From: Squalus acanthias
Taxonomy: Eukaryota
Reading direction: 5' to 3'
NCBI GenBank assembly: GCA_030390025.1
Contig: JASTWF010000366.1
Coordinates: forward strand, 124,001-188,000
DNA: 64,000 nt
A program made the translations under genes and the position numbers. Numbering within the stretch: position 1 is the stretch's first letter; every line of letters begins with the position of its first letter. The notes under the pieces are model-generated. The model was not told the origin of the DNA and searched no databases. It saw only the letters and a list, made by a program, of their open reading frames with translations. Below, piece by piece: positions 26,101 to 39,700 of the stretch.

Positions 26101-26636
26101 CACAAGTCAGGAGTGTGATGGAATACTTTCCACTTGCCTGGATGAGTGCTTCTCCAACAACACTCAAGAAGCTTGACACCATCCAGGACAAAGCAGCCCG
26201 CTTGATTGGCACCCCATCCACCACCTTAAACATTCACTCCCTCCACCACCGGCATACCGTGGCTGCAGCGTGTACCATCTACAAGATGCACTGCAGCAAC
26301 TCGCCAAGGCTTCTTCGACAGCACCTCCTAAACCTGCGACCTCTACCACCTAGAAGGGCAAGAGCAGCAGACGCATGGGAACACCACCACCTGCAAGTTC
26401 CTCTCCAAGTCACACAGCATCCTGACTTGGAAATATAATCACCGATCCTTCATCGTCGCTGGGTCAAAATCCTGAAACTCCCTCCCTAACAGCACTATGG
26501 GAGTACCTTCACCACACGGACTGCAGCGGTTCAAGAAGGTGGCTCACCACCACCTTCTCAAGGGCAATTAGGGATGGGCATTAAATGTTAGTCTTGCCAG
26601 CGACGCCCACATCCCAGGAACGAATAATAAAAAAAA
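23141..26636 (+). mobile_element. Near full-length LINE (CR1/Jockey group; APE endonuclease + RT), disabled, tRNA-like 5' head
   Basis: TNIWGL...PDIVILTDS...GDFNVH (APE); GVPQGSLLGP...FADD (RT); stops and frameshifts; A-rich 3' end. Confidence 0.9.
24974..25202 (+). mobile_element. Solo LTR (229 bp) inserted in the LINE
   Basis: TGAC...GTCA ends; 5-bp TSD CTGCC (24969-24973, 25203-25207); TATAAATA at 25055; host LINE continuous when removed. Confidence 0.8.
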
Positions 26637-27559
26637 TATTTTGACCCTCCTGATTCGTAAACCATTTCTATCTGGTCATTCCTACTTAAAAATGTTCCTT
26701 TCTAGGTTATAAATTGTGACCAATTACATCTATCCTGAAAATAATATTACCCTCAACACATTAAAAACTAAAATGATTCTTTTGAAAAACCAAATGTTTG
26801 AACATTTCAAAAGATAAAATTGTTAATGTTCAGGTCTCTACCCATGAAGCATTGCCCTTTTTGCTTTTAATATAAACTGTTCATGCTCGACAAAAGGTTG
26901 GATTAAAACATTAAGTTGATGGTGCTTTGCTCACTGTGATTATCAATTGAGCTGATTCATGATCACAATTACAGCTGACTGCCATTGAGTTACCACAATG
27001 TTTATTACAACCCTGTAACAAACTATTAATTGCTTGTGTGTTAAAGGTGGACAGAAGCAAGAAATTCTTCCACTCACTGTTGTTCTATGGTACAGCTGCA
27101 ACTGTTGTTATGAATCTTTACAGATACATTATCAAGGTTATCTTTATCAAGTGTTATTAGGCAATTAAAGCATCAGATTTGAATATTTTTGTACAACATA
27201 AAATAAAATTTCTAATTTAGAGTCTCACTCAAAATATTAACCATTTTTTCTCTTACAGATGGCTGTGCATTTTCACAATTTTCTGTTTTTATTTTGATTC
27301 TCCAGCATTTGCATTTTTTCTTTTTGTTGCTACATAAATTTTTCTTCTTGCCACACTGAACTAAATTCATGAAATTCAAGGCAGATCATTTTTTTTTTAA
27401 AAAGGAATTAATTTATAATGAAGTCAACAGCCCTACAGTTCACGCACTGTCCCGTGTAATGACAGCAACTACAGCACTTGTCCCTTCAGTTCTACCCACA
27501 CCGCTGCCTGGTCCCTACCACCCTTTGAATGTGTGGCATGTGGTTCCTTAAACCTAGTA

Positions 27560-27850
27560 AACTGTATTCATTGCACACAGTATCACTACCTCTAGAATGG
27601 GGAGACCAACGGAAGATTGGACGACTGCTTTACCGAACATCTCCGTTCTGTCAGTAAACATGATCCTGTGCTCTCTGAGACTCTCTATTTTAGCTCCCTC
27701 GCCTTTCTCACTCCACCTTTCCCCTTCTTTGGTTTGCTACATGGCTTCAGACCAATTGTGATGTGGGGTCTCAATCGAGACGTTAACTTGTCTTTCTCTT
27801 TCAGATGTTGATCGACTTACTATGCATTGCCAGAACTTTTTGTTCTCATT
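27560..27850 (+). mobile_element. Penelope-like element relic (GIY-YIG endonuclease end + terminal repeat)
   Basis: GET.GRLDDCFTEHLRSV resembles the PLE GIY-YIG motif GET.R.L..RF.EH. Confidence 0.55.
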
Positions 27851-30800
27851 AGCCCTCTATTTTTATTTGGGTTGAGCAAACTCCAGAGATGATTTTAGGG
27901 GGTGTGAACCAGATGACCAAATGGGACTCCCATCAGCCACGACTTCATGGCTTCCTGATCTGGAGTCCCACTTGCCCATGTGCAGAGGCAACACTGGGAA
28001 AAGCAGCAGAGTGGGCGCTTCAGTTGCCAGCCACAGTGTGCATATAAAATCGGCCCATTCGGTCGTGTTTAATTTGTGGGCTCCTGTGATGACTGCCAGG
28101 AGGTTGGAATATTGGAATAGGGCAGCCTATGCCACTGCTGAAGACTCAGCCGTCCTGCTTTACTGCTTTCCTCAGTGCTGCCCATGGACAGGAAAAGGTA
28201 AGTTTACAGTTGGTGCGCTTGTTCAGAAAAGTTAAGCTCATTAAAAAAAATTTGCAAGTCTATGCACCAGACATTTAATTTGCATTTGGAAATAGGATTG
28301 GGTGGAGTTAACAGATTCTTGCAATAGTCCCAAATAAAAAATTGTGGTGGTGCAAACAATTCAAAGGAGTTCTTGTTGGTAGCCCCATAAACCCTATGAC
28401 TGCCTCTCCTAATTTCTTTAGCTTGAAAGGAATATTTCCAAAATAGAAGTTTTAGATTTCAATATTTTTTTTTACATTGTCTGGATAACAGCAACTATGT
28501 TAGGCACATTTAGAAGACAATCTAATAAACATGTATCAATTGAAATACCTGGAAATTATTTTCCTCTGCATGGGATCTGCTGTTCCTCTAACATGCAGTG
28601 AAATAACCTTTTCACTTAGTAAATGCACTGCCTGGAATGCTACTGAGCTATATAGACCAGGAAGGTCCCAAATTTGTACCCAATCTTTGCTGTGTTATCT
28701 GATCTCAGCTGGTGTGGCACGAGTGTTATTACAAATAGCCTTAAGGTCCTGTGCAATGGAGATGAAAAATTCTGCAGGGTTCCCTCTCCTGATTGTTTCT
28801 TGCAGTCGTTAGACTTGGCTGGATCAACTGAGTTGCCACTTTCCAAAGTCCTCACTGTTGCTTAATTCCTTGACCAACCCCCACCCGAGGCTGGCTTTAC
28901 GTGAATTGTTGAGGTTACTGACTCACTGATGCTGCCTATTCACCAAGTCCCTGATGATCTGCTGCCAGACTCCTGCAAGTGGGCGTCCTGGGTACACTTG
29001 AAGTGCAGGATCTTGTAACATCCCTGCTGCTCTGTCTCTTCCCATCAAAGTCTGAGTCCTGACTCTTAATCCAACACATGACCAAGTGGTATCAAAAAAG
29101 CAATTATTTATTTTTGACAGCAATGGTATCACACAGGCACATTAACAATAATTTTCAGAATTTGAACATCTTATAAAGTTTCCAGATTTGTGCAGGAATT
29201 CCATCGGTAATTCTTTAATTTTGTAAAGTAGATGTAACTTGTAATTCAGCCCTTTTCACCATCTCTCTGTTTCTTGCATTCTTTCTTGAGTTTTAAAACT
29301 TCCATTACCCAAAAAATCAATACTGGACACTACTGGGGAAAAGAAAACTGATCTTAACGTTTGGGGTTAAAGTTTAAGTAGGCTGAGTAACCCCCTTAAC
29401 AAATTCCAATTTAATAACTGCCATCCAGTGATCCCTGCTGGAAAGTACACGTGTGTAGACGCAAGGTGAGGACAAGATCAGGTTTGGCTCTGATTCTCCC
29501 TCCCCTGATGTGGGAATAGCTAGGAGCAGTCATTGACTGGACTCATGCATGAAAAGTGGTCACTTTGGGCAAAGTAGCCCAGGGCTGATGCACCCTTGGA
29601 GCCGAACAGGGGAGGAAAACGGATTTTAAAAAAAAACCTCGATGCTTCATTCGCACTGAACCTCAAACTGAAAATTGTTTCCATGGTATTGTTTGCACAT
29701 TAATGTTATTTTTCTATCATTAGCTTCTTTTAAGCAAAATGACTGAAGTTATGCAGCCCCAAGTGTCATGTGCTCACTGTGTAAGCTTCTGTCTCTTTCC
29801 CATGGCTACTCATTTCCGCAGGAAAAAAAATCTTTACAAATTAGACACAGTAAATTGGTCTGATAATAGTTCAAAACTGATATCTGAATAGTGTCACTTT
29901 ATAGATCTCTTTGTAACCAGGAATTTACTCCACAGAATATATTAGATTTGGAAGGTCTGAATGTCACTGACATTATTGGCAGCTGTGTTAACAGTGAAAG
30001 GAGCGTGCTGTGTATGCCACAGTTATTAAATTTCTCCAGAGACCATGACTCATTTAATCAAATATTCATACCTCTCTGTAAATACACACTGAACAGTGTA
30101 TCCCCTCAGAGAAAAGCATCCCAGGACAAGCACCCTTTCATGTAAAAACTGCAACAAAAAATCCTCAGAACATGTGGTCATGTTTTTGCATTTATAATGT
30201 CTGTGTAACTCCCCACTGCCATTTCCAAAAAGGACATAAATGAACCCCTCTGACCGATTACAAAATGTTCATGGTCACACAATTAAATTAAAAATTATTC
30301 TTTCATTGCTTCATACCAACATTTTTAATCTGTAACCAAGAGGCCCACAATGAATTATCCTTCTGTTCCCTTGTTTACCATCAATTCAATGGGCTCTCAA
30401 ATACAGATGAAGAAAGCCAGGCCACCGACCCATAAGTACAAGAATTTGTATTTAGCATGACAACAAACCATTGCTTACACTCCAACAGAATAATCGTAAA
30501 AACATATTTTACATGTGGGCCGTTTCCCGCGGTTTAAGTGCTCAATGTACAACTATAAGTTGAAATAACTAGACAGCCTTTTCACATTTCTCATGCTCAA
30601 CATTTGTGTGGTAGGCTGCTCTCTTTCAACATGTTTTAAAAACAGTTCAAGGCGAACTACTGTTCTTGATTGATGGTAAACACTTTTGCTTGGTGAGTTA
30701 CTTAATTATATGGATCTTGGAAGGTTCCAGGTTCAATCCTTGGTCTGCGTTGAGTTAGTTGGTCTCAGCCAGCACAGCAGTGGCAAAGCTATAATGGGTC

Positions 30801-32409
30801 TCAGGATCCCTGCTCTTGAAAGGGGAAAATTCAGCCAGCTGCTGGTTTCTATCTCGTAGTCCCTGGTGGAATGTTAGAGTGTGGACATTGGGTGAAGACA
30901 GGATTGGATTGTGAATCCTCCCCCCCAAATCCATGGTCAAACAGTCTGGGACAGTCACTGTCTTGGCACACACAAGAATGATCATTTGAGTGAGATATTC
31001 AAGGTCGTCACTGCATTGGCACTGTAGCCCAACATGAACTAGAGCTTTACAAGAGGACTAAGGGAAGAAAAATGAAGAGAAAACTGGAAGGAAAAAATAT
31101 TTCTGTACTTGCCCTGGAAGTGCTTGACAGGGCAGTATAGAAGAAGCTTTACCTTCCATCTAATCAATGCTACACCTTACTTAGGAGTGCTTGATAAGGC
31201 AATGTAGAGGGAAGTTTACATCTAAACCATGGCAAAAATTACCTGAGAGCATTTGATGATGACACTGGGTTCTTGAAATGGAAATTCCTCCATTCCCAAC
31301 ATTGACTTGATAAGCACAAAAATAACTGCCACCCTCCCCCAAAACAAAATACAATCACACACACACACATACATATCTTTCATGACAATTTACTGTAAAT
31401 TGTATCAGTGTCCTTTTGACAAATGTCCAGTTAATCTCTTACAAGTGTTCAAAAATTATCAAAATTGTTCCCACACCAGTCAATAGATCTCTACATTAAC
31501 TGCCTCCACATTACTGCCTCCAGTTCTTACATTTGAAATATTTCATGTCTTTCTTCACTGAATAATTATAAATCTCCACACTAATATGATAGCACCTCTG
31601 GAAACATATATGGTTGAAACTCTTTGGATGAAAGGTGGGGGGAGCTCCCCTGATGGTGCAGCAATATATGGTAGGCCCACGTTCAGTCCCTACTCTGAGG
31701 TGATTTTGTTGATTTCATCCAGCACAGCAAGAGGAATGCTGCAATTGGCCTCAGCACCCTGGGAAAGAAGGAAAACCTGCCAGGGCTCCTGTGCCTAATC
31801 GCTGTCCAGAGGTTCCTGCTGAAAGGTGTGAATATATGGACATTTAAGGACAGGATTGAGCTTGCATGTGAAGAACATTTCCCCACAGTCAAATAACTTG
31901 GCTAGGCTTACACATGAAGCACCTTTTGAGAGATTTTTTTTCTAAATGATCTGTAGACCTATGCCAACTAGGATATATCGATATAATTAAAATTTTTGCA
32001 TCTAATTTGCGGTGGCGGGATTGTAGCTCTCAAGTGTCACATGTACATTGGACAAAAAATTATGATTCACTCAATTATCCCACTAACTAGATGCAAACCA
32101 ATCAAAAACCATGAAATGAACATGTAGGAAAACTCTGCAATCAACAACCAATCACATCACTCAATTATGCTGTTTTTAAAGCTTTGATTTGGTTGCCCCA
32201 CTGTCATCAACCCAAAAAAATCTAACAAAAGTGGCCCCTTTTTAGAGGGCGCAACTAATAAAAACCCAAATCATAACAAAGAAAACTTAAATTAAATAAT
32301 AATGTTTGCACCTTGTGTAGGTGACTGATGTAACCGGAGGAGTGTAGTTTTCACCCTCTCCTGTAGAAGTTACAATACCCAAGGTGAACGGTGACATTTC
32401 ACATCAGAA

Positions 32410-33110
32410 TGACAATCAACAACTTGCATTTGTATAGTGCCTTTAATGAACAAAACAAACCAAAGGGCTTTAGAGAAATAGGACCAATGGACGCCGAAAT
32501 ATAAGAGAGAGGTTAAGAGAGGTGAATGCTAGGTTGAAAAAATGGGTTTCAAGAGGTATTTAAAAGGAAGACAGAAAACTAGAGAGGTGGAAGGATTCAG
32601 GGAGGGAGTTGCAGAGAGTAGGATTGAGGTGACCAAAGGCGGTCAACAATGGTGTTTTAAAGAGGAGGAATACACTGGTCAGGAACGAAGAGTGTGTAAC
32701 TGATATAAGACTGGAGGAGGTTACAGAGGTAGGGAGGAGCAGCGCCATTGAGGTGTCTAAAGATGAGAACAAAGATCTTAAATTGGGGACAGGGAGCCAG
32801 TGCAGGCCAACAAGGACAGGTGAAGGGCAAGTATCACCGAGTGCAGAATAGAATACAGGCAGCTGCATTTTGGATAAGTTGTAATATTGAACGAGCTAAG
32901 GAAGATTTCTTCCCCACAAACGAACAATAAGCGTGGTGGAATTATGGGAGGGGAGGGAATATGGATGGTAAGGGAGATGAGGAAGTGGTCAGAGGTGGCC
33001 TTATCAGTGATCGAGACCTTGGGTGCAGAGAGGCCACAAGAGATAGCAAGGTCAAGGGGGTGGCCATGCCAATGGGTGGGGGCATTTATGTTAAGGGTGA
33101 GATAGGATGG
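32410..33110 (-). mobile_element. L2-type LINE fragments
   Basis: LHWLPV motif; APE PTH.HGH.LDL...SDHFLI; L2-type tail. Confidence 0.65.
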
Positions 33111-33303
33111 CAGAGAAATTCTTTGGCTGGTGCTCAATTATTGATGCTGTTGTCAGTCCCATCATGATGTCCCCCTGAACAATCATTCCTCTGGTTTCAA
33201 GTGGCTGATATAGCTTGGAAAGCCAGAGAAAACAAAGATGCATGAAGGAAATTATAGAAGAGAAAGATGTTCAGATGTGAAAAAACCCTAATATTTACAT
33301 AAT

Positions 33304-33342
33304 TTTATTTATAGTCAATTACAGAAAAAAATATTGTTTATT
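33304..33342 (-). terminator. Candidate ATG4C polyadenylation signals
   Basis: Minus-strand AATAAA at 33337-33342 and 33304-33309, ~220-260 nt past the stop; AT-rich context so may be chance. Confidence 0.35.
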
Positions 33343-33561
33343 TTCATTATTATACATAGTTAGAAACTATCTACCATATCAGGGAAGATTACATGTTTTT
33401 AATTACAGTAAAATACCTACTTTGTGCTTTTGCAAAGTATTTTTAAATGAACAGCATCAAGCTATATAATTACAGATTCTTTGTACATCAGTATTAATGG
33501 GTACCCGCAGCAGATGCCAGCACTGACAGGGAAGGCCCGTCGCATTTACCGTGAAATTCCG

Positions 33562-33741
33562 TTACAGCAAGACAAACTCCTCATTACTCAACCTCTCTGC
33601 TTTCTTCCTTTTAGAGTCTGAGAGCTGTACAGCTGATTCAGTTTTCGTCGTGCAAAGTTTATCAATATCATAATCTCTAGCATGTCCCCTTGAAAAAGTA
33701 AACAGTGGATATTTCTCCTTGGAAGACGGTGAATTCAGAAC
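33562..33741 (-). CDS. ATG4C: ATG4C last coding exon (180 bp incl. TAA)
   Basis: ctttag|GTTCTG...CTGTAA; VLNSPSSKEKYPLFTFSRGHARDYDIDKL...RLSNEEFVLL*. Confidence 0.93.
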   Translation of the reverse strand, partial: VLNSPSSKEKYPLFTFSRGHARDYDIDKLCTTKTESAVQLSDSKRKKAERLSNEEFVLL

Positions 33742-36700
33742 CTAAAGTTTAAATAGAAATAAAATACCTTTCAGAATTATTTTTTACATTCGCTTCATTT
33801 AAAAAAAAAACTATATTTCACTTTTGACTTCGACATTCAGTTCCACCCCCCTCCCACCCCAAGTTGGCTGTGCTCTGCTACCTCTACCAAGAATGTTGCT
33901 GTTCAAGCATGACCCTAAAGAAAGAAAGACTTGCACTTATATAGTGCCTTTCACGACCGGACGTCTCAAAGCGCTTTACAGCCAACGAAGTACTTTTGAA
34001 GTGGAGTCACTGTTGTAATGTGGGAAACTAGGGAGCATCAGCAGGCTACAGCACCCAAACCTGATCCTTTTCATACCCAATGTCTACATATATGCACTTT
34101 TCAGCAGACTACAGAGATTGTAATTTACAGCAGGAACCCTGGCTAATATTTCCCTTTCTGCACAAGGTCAACTGTAACATCCTACTACTGGCCCAGCTGA
34201 AATTAGTCAATTTAGCATGGACCAGTGACCAAGCCTGGGATCTTCCTGGTCTGTGTAGCTCAGTATCACACCAGAGAGTATTATTACCAACTGAGCCACT
34301 GGGGGAGCCTGTGGTTACATTTTAACAATGCTGCAAGCAGACAGTTGGGTTACATCCATTCACTTCACCGTTGGATGGCAGAAGATAGAACTTCATAAAT
34401 GTGTACTCGTACTCACAATGTTGCTCACTGACCTCTGACAAAACTACAAATGATTGAAGAGAGCGGATGGCAGCCTCAGCTCCTTTTTGACATTATATAT
34501 TTAAAGGCTGCCCAAGTTGTTTTTAAATTTGGTCTGTGCACAGTGATGCACTGCACTAACTGTGTAAGACTGCCTTTTTCAGGTTATCTCCCTACTGACA
34601 GCAAACTGTAAATTTTAGTGAAATTTTCAATGTTATATTGCACATTTGGTATTGGTGTATTGCAAAATATCACTATGCGTGACACCAAATCTGCAGTATA
34701 AATGGAGCAAAAAACTGGACCATGAAAATTTATCAAATCAGTGTTAAATTATGAAAAGGAACTCCAAATCATGCCAAGTACTAGCAGTATCTGACACTAA
34801 AAAAAAATCTCAAGTTAACCCTCTGAACACCACAGATACGTTACTGACTGGAGGCAGCACTTGCTGGTTTTTGCATGACTTCCATGTTAAAAATTGACTT
34901 TGCAACCATGTTAATCTCTGCAATCTTGGCTTTTCATTGGCAGAAAAACCACATCAAATACTGCAGAAAGATCGAGGAGTACAAGGAGGGATAATGTATT
35001 ACAGTTACATAGGATGTCATTTGTGACTTTGGCCAGTGCATCTCAGTGCGGAGAAGCACAGGAGCTGGACAGGAGGAATTAGAACAAGCTGTTTTGTGAG
35101 AGATGGACAGAAAACAGTGAGGCAATGATGCATTCAAGGATCTTAGAGATGAAAGGGAGGTTAAAGATGAGGCAATAGTTGGAGTGAATGAATGAGCCAA
35201 GTTGGGTTTTTAAGGAGGGCTTGATGACCAGTTTTGAAAGGGAGATTGGGTGTAATTTTAATTTAACTCATCAGACGGGAAACCCACGGGTTAAGGTTGA
35301 ACATCAATTTTACACTCCGGCCAATATTGCTCTTCCTTGAAATATTGGGCGGGGTGTAAAACCAGCGTTGCACCAGTTTCCCCACGAGCGGGTTAGTTTA
35401 AAATTACCCCCATTGTTTGAGAAAAGGAAGCCATTAACAATGCCACCTAACTGGGGGCTAGGAAGGGAAGTTGAGTGGTCAGGAGGTGAAAGGGAAAGGG
35501 ATCAAGGAAAAGTAGGTGGATCTCATGGAGGAGTTAGGGTGAAACAGCATGGGGGTGAAATGCTGCATTCTCACACCTATTAGGAACTGTGTTGCGACAT
35601 GCTCCAAATTCATTTTACACATTTACAGCCAACAGGAGATATTTATCCCTTCTTACTGGGCTGTATTTGAACTCAAGTAACAGAGGTGAAAGTACAGCAT
35701 CTAACTTACTGCACCACCCACTCCCCAACAATAATTACTTAAGCTACATGAAGCTAGTTTTCATATTAAAAGTTTGTGACTGATCATGCTATAAGAATCA
35801 GTTAGAAAAAAACAAAAGGCAGAAAAGGAGCATATAAAGAATTAAGTAGGATACATTATAAAAAGCACCTGAGCAACAGTTTGCTAATATTCTGACTATA
35901 TCTGAACCAAGGATAGGTTTATATCTGTTAAATCAATAGTTTTTACATTTAAAATTGCTAATTCTAATTTTTATGCAGAATAGAATCTTCAAGATAAATT
36001 AAATTTCCATACAGTTAAGCACATTTTCACACATTAATAGAATAATTTTTTCCCAATTCAAACTAACTTTAATTTGTAGCACAAATGAAATAACTTATCA
36101 GAACCGCACAGTGAAAAGCTTCATTTAAGTCAGAGCACTAATGTATGTGATTTGCTAAGCTTCAATTTATTTTACTTTCAATATTGCCACCTGCTGGTGA
36201 CAATATTGGACAGCTATTTGGAAAATGCTGCAAGGCCAAATGAACAGTGCTAAAAAAAATGGCTAATTCAACCCTGGACAACTCATCGACAGGGATGCTT
36301 TTTGGAATATTGCATGCAGTTTTCAACATACTGCTTTCAAAAGAGCATTGATGTGTTGGAGAGAACAGAAACAATAATGATTATAGGAGTAGGACCCAAA
36401 AATAATTGAACTTGAGGAGGTGAGCTAATTCAAGTTTAAGATTATGAAGGGAATTGGCATAGTTGACCCAGGCAAGTTGTTCATTATGCTTAAGGATTCA
36501 AATACCAGGGGACACAAGTTAAGAACAGGTAGGTTATGAAAAAGGGAAATGAGGCAGAACTTTTTCACCGAAAAGGCAACAGAGATGTAGAATAAATCAT
36601 CAGAGAAGTCTCTTGAAGCGAATAATATAAATGCCTTCAAGAAGCAATTTTGAGAGTTTCTAGAGAGAGAAGGACTAAGGGACATAGTGAGAAGGTGGAG

Positions 36701-39700
36701 AGGTCAATCAAAAAAGGACTGACTTGTTGGCCTCTTGATCTTCTGCTGTTCCCAAGAATTCTTATGTTCTTATGAAATTGAAATACAACCATGAGGTTAT
36801 CTCAACTCTTCACCTTCTGCCTCCAGCTTCTGACAGAGGATAACCTGCCGATGTCTTCTCAATACACTGCCAGTTTTACTCAGCAAGTAAATGAGATCCA
36901 CTTGATAACTATACTCCTATGAATTTCCCTGCTCGTCTTGCCCCCCTCCACCACCTGATAAAGTGTGAACGGCAGCTGTCCAACTAACCATATTTTAGTT
37001 TATGCATCCAGTTAGCTCGACTTTGGTTTCTGGAATTTGTTCATTTTGATTAACGCATGTTAATACTGAGGCACAAATGTAGCTTTCTTCGGCCTGGTGG
37101 CTATAAAATTCCTAAGTAAAATGTATTTGAGCAATTTTAAGCTGGTGGGTGCAGGACCACAAAACATAACTGGCACTCAATTGACAGCATCACTCAGAAA
37201 GGCCAAAGATTGGCTGGTGAAAGAAACAAATTGTCACCCTACTGCAGTAGTCTATATACTCTTCTGAGGTTGGGGCTGCAGTACATTGTTGAGGCAGAGT
37301 ACACAGAGCTTTACAATGTATATAACCGTATTATACTTGACCTAGAGCTGCTTAATGCTGGCACTAAATGCCCAAAATGAAAAATGTACTATCCTCCAGC
37401 ATCGATATGGGAATCCTGGATTATTTTTCTACTCCCTAGCATCAATACACCAAAGCTCACTGTAAATTACCCCCACCACTGTCCCGGCTGAGAGCAACTA
37501 ACTCCCATTAAATCTGGGACCTTGCAGGTCGTTATGGCTCAATACCACACCATGTTTGCATTTTCCCATTAAGCCACCAGGGGAGTTCTTTACCTCAAGT
37601 GTAGTAACAGTTTTTATATGTTTCCAGAGAAACAATGAAGGAGCACTTATCTCAGTGGTTCATAGGATTACATAGGATATACGGCACAGAAACAGGCCAT
37701 TCAGCCCAACCATCTATGCTGGCGTTTATGTTCCACTTGAGCCTCCTCCCATCTTTCCTCATCTAAATCTATCAGCATAACCCTCTATTCCTTTCTCCCT
37801 CATATGCTTGTCTAGCCTCCCCTTAAATGCATCTATACTATTCGCTTCAACCACTCCCTGTGGTAGCGAGTTCGACATTCTCACCACTCTTTGGGTAAAA
37901 GAAGTTTCTTCTGAATTCCCTTTTTGATTTCTTGGTGACTATCTTACATTGATGGTCTCTAGTTATGCTCTTCCCCACAAGTGGAAACATTCTCTCTGTA
38001 TCCACTCTATCAAAACCTTTCATAATTTTAAAGACCTCTATTAGGTCACCCCTCAGCCTTCTTTTTCAAGAGAAAAGAGACCCAGCCTGTTCATCCTTTC
38101 CTGATATGTATACCCTCATATTATTAAATATGTGTAGTAATGCCTCTGCTATCTGTTCCCTAGATTCTTTTAAAATGCGTGGATGCAATCCATCCGGACC
38201 AGGGGTTTTATCCTCTGAGTTTGATTAGTTTATTTAATATATCCCCTCTTTTTATTTTAAATGCACTTATCTCATTACTAATCTCATCATCCAATGTCAT
38301 GTCCACCTGTTCTATCTTCCTGGTAAATACTGAAGCAAAATAATTATTTAATATTTTGCCATCTCTATCGTTACCCATGGTATCATCCTATCTATCCTTT
38401 AATGGCCCTATTCCCATCCCAACCTTCCTTTTTTTTAATTGATGTGCCTGTAAAATATTTTACTATTTTGTTTTATGTTCCTTGATAATTTAATTTCATA
38501 GTTCCTCTTTGCCTTCCTAATTGTTTTTTTTTACTTCTCTCCTAATCTCTTTGTATTCTCCCTTATCATGCACTCCCCTGCTGTCCATGTACTTAATATA
38601 TGCCTCTTTCCTTACCCTCAATTGTTCCCTTATGGCTTTATTTATCCATGGAGTCTCATTAGTGTTTAGTTTGTTCTTTCCTTTTAATGGAATATATTGT
38701 TCCTACACTCTGTTGAACACCATTTTAAATGTTTCCCATTGCTGTTCTACATCGTTGTTTGCCAATATTGTTGCCCATTTCACCCCCCCCCCCCCCCCCC
38801 CAAGTTCTATTCTCAGCCCCTCAAAAATCAGCTTTTCTCCAATCTATTAACCTGGTTTTTGTCATACTTATGTCCTTCTCAATTATCATCTTAAAGCATA
38901 TTATATTATGGTCACTATTGCCTAGATGTTCCCCTACTTTTACTTCTCTTATCTGCTCTGGTTCATTCCCCATTACTAGATCCAATAGCGAATAGTTGGG
39001 CTTTTTACATATTGGGTTAGAAAGAAGTCCTGTACACATTGTAGAAACTCCATTCCCTTATTCCCTTTACCTACCTCTTCTGTCCAATTAATAGCGGGGT
39101 AGTTGAAACCCCCCATGATTATTATTCTATTTTTTTTTTTTTTACTTATTTCCCTAATTTGTCTGCATATTTCTTCCTCCACCTCCCTTCCACTATTAGA
39201 TGGTCTGTAGACTACGCCTATTAGTGTGATTGATCCTTTATTATCTTTTATCTCTATCCATATGGATTCTATTTTTGTCGTGCTGATAGCTGCGTCACTT
39301 TTTTCTACTGCCATTATGTTATCCCTAATAAGTACAGCTACTCCACCTCCCCTTTTTCCCTCTCTATCTTTTCTAAATATGTTATACCCTGCAATGTTTA
39401 ATTCCCAGTCCTGATTTTTCTGTAGCCATGTCTCAGTAATCCCTACTATGTCTGGTTCCTCACCTCCAGCTTCCCTGTTTTATTACGAACACTGTGTGCA
39501 TTGCTGTACAGACAGTTTAACTCATTTTAATAGGATTTCCTCTCACTTTATGTTTAACCATCTTTTTAGACTCCTGTTCTATATCTCTATTTATTCCCTT
39601 GCCATCAATGTCCTCCCTTACTTTATTCTTTCCTATGCTCTCTTTTCCTGTTTTGTTTATAATTAGGCTGGCTACCTTTCTTGTAGATCCCTCCCCTCCA

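Noticed and set aside
144..33200. Numerous short ORFs in the track
   Set aside because: No recognisable host domains; most overlap SINE/LINE relics or begin at non-ATG codons.
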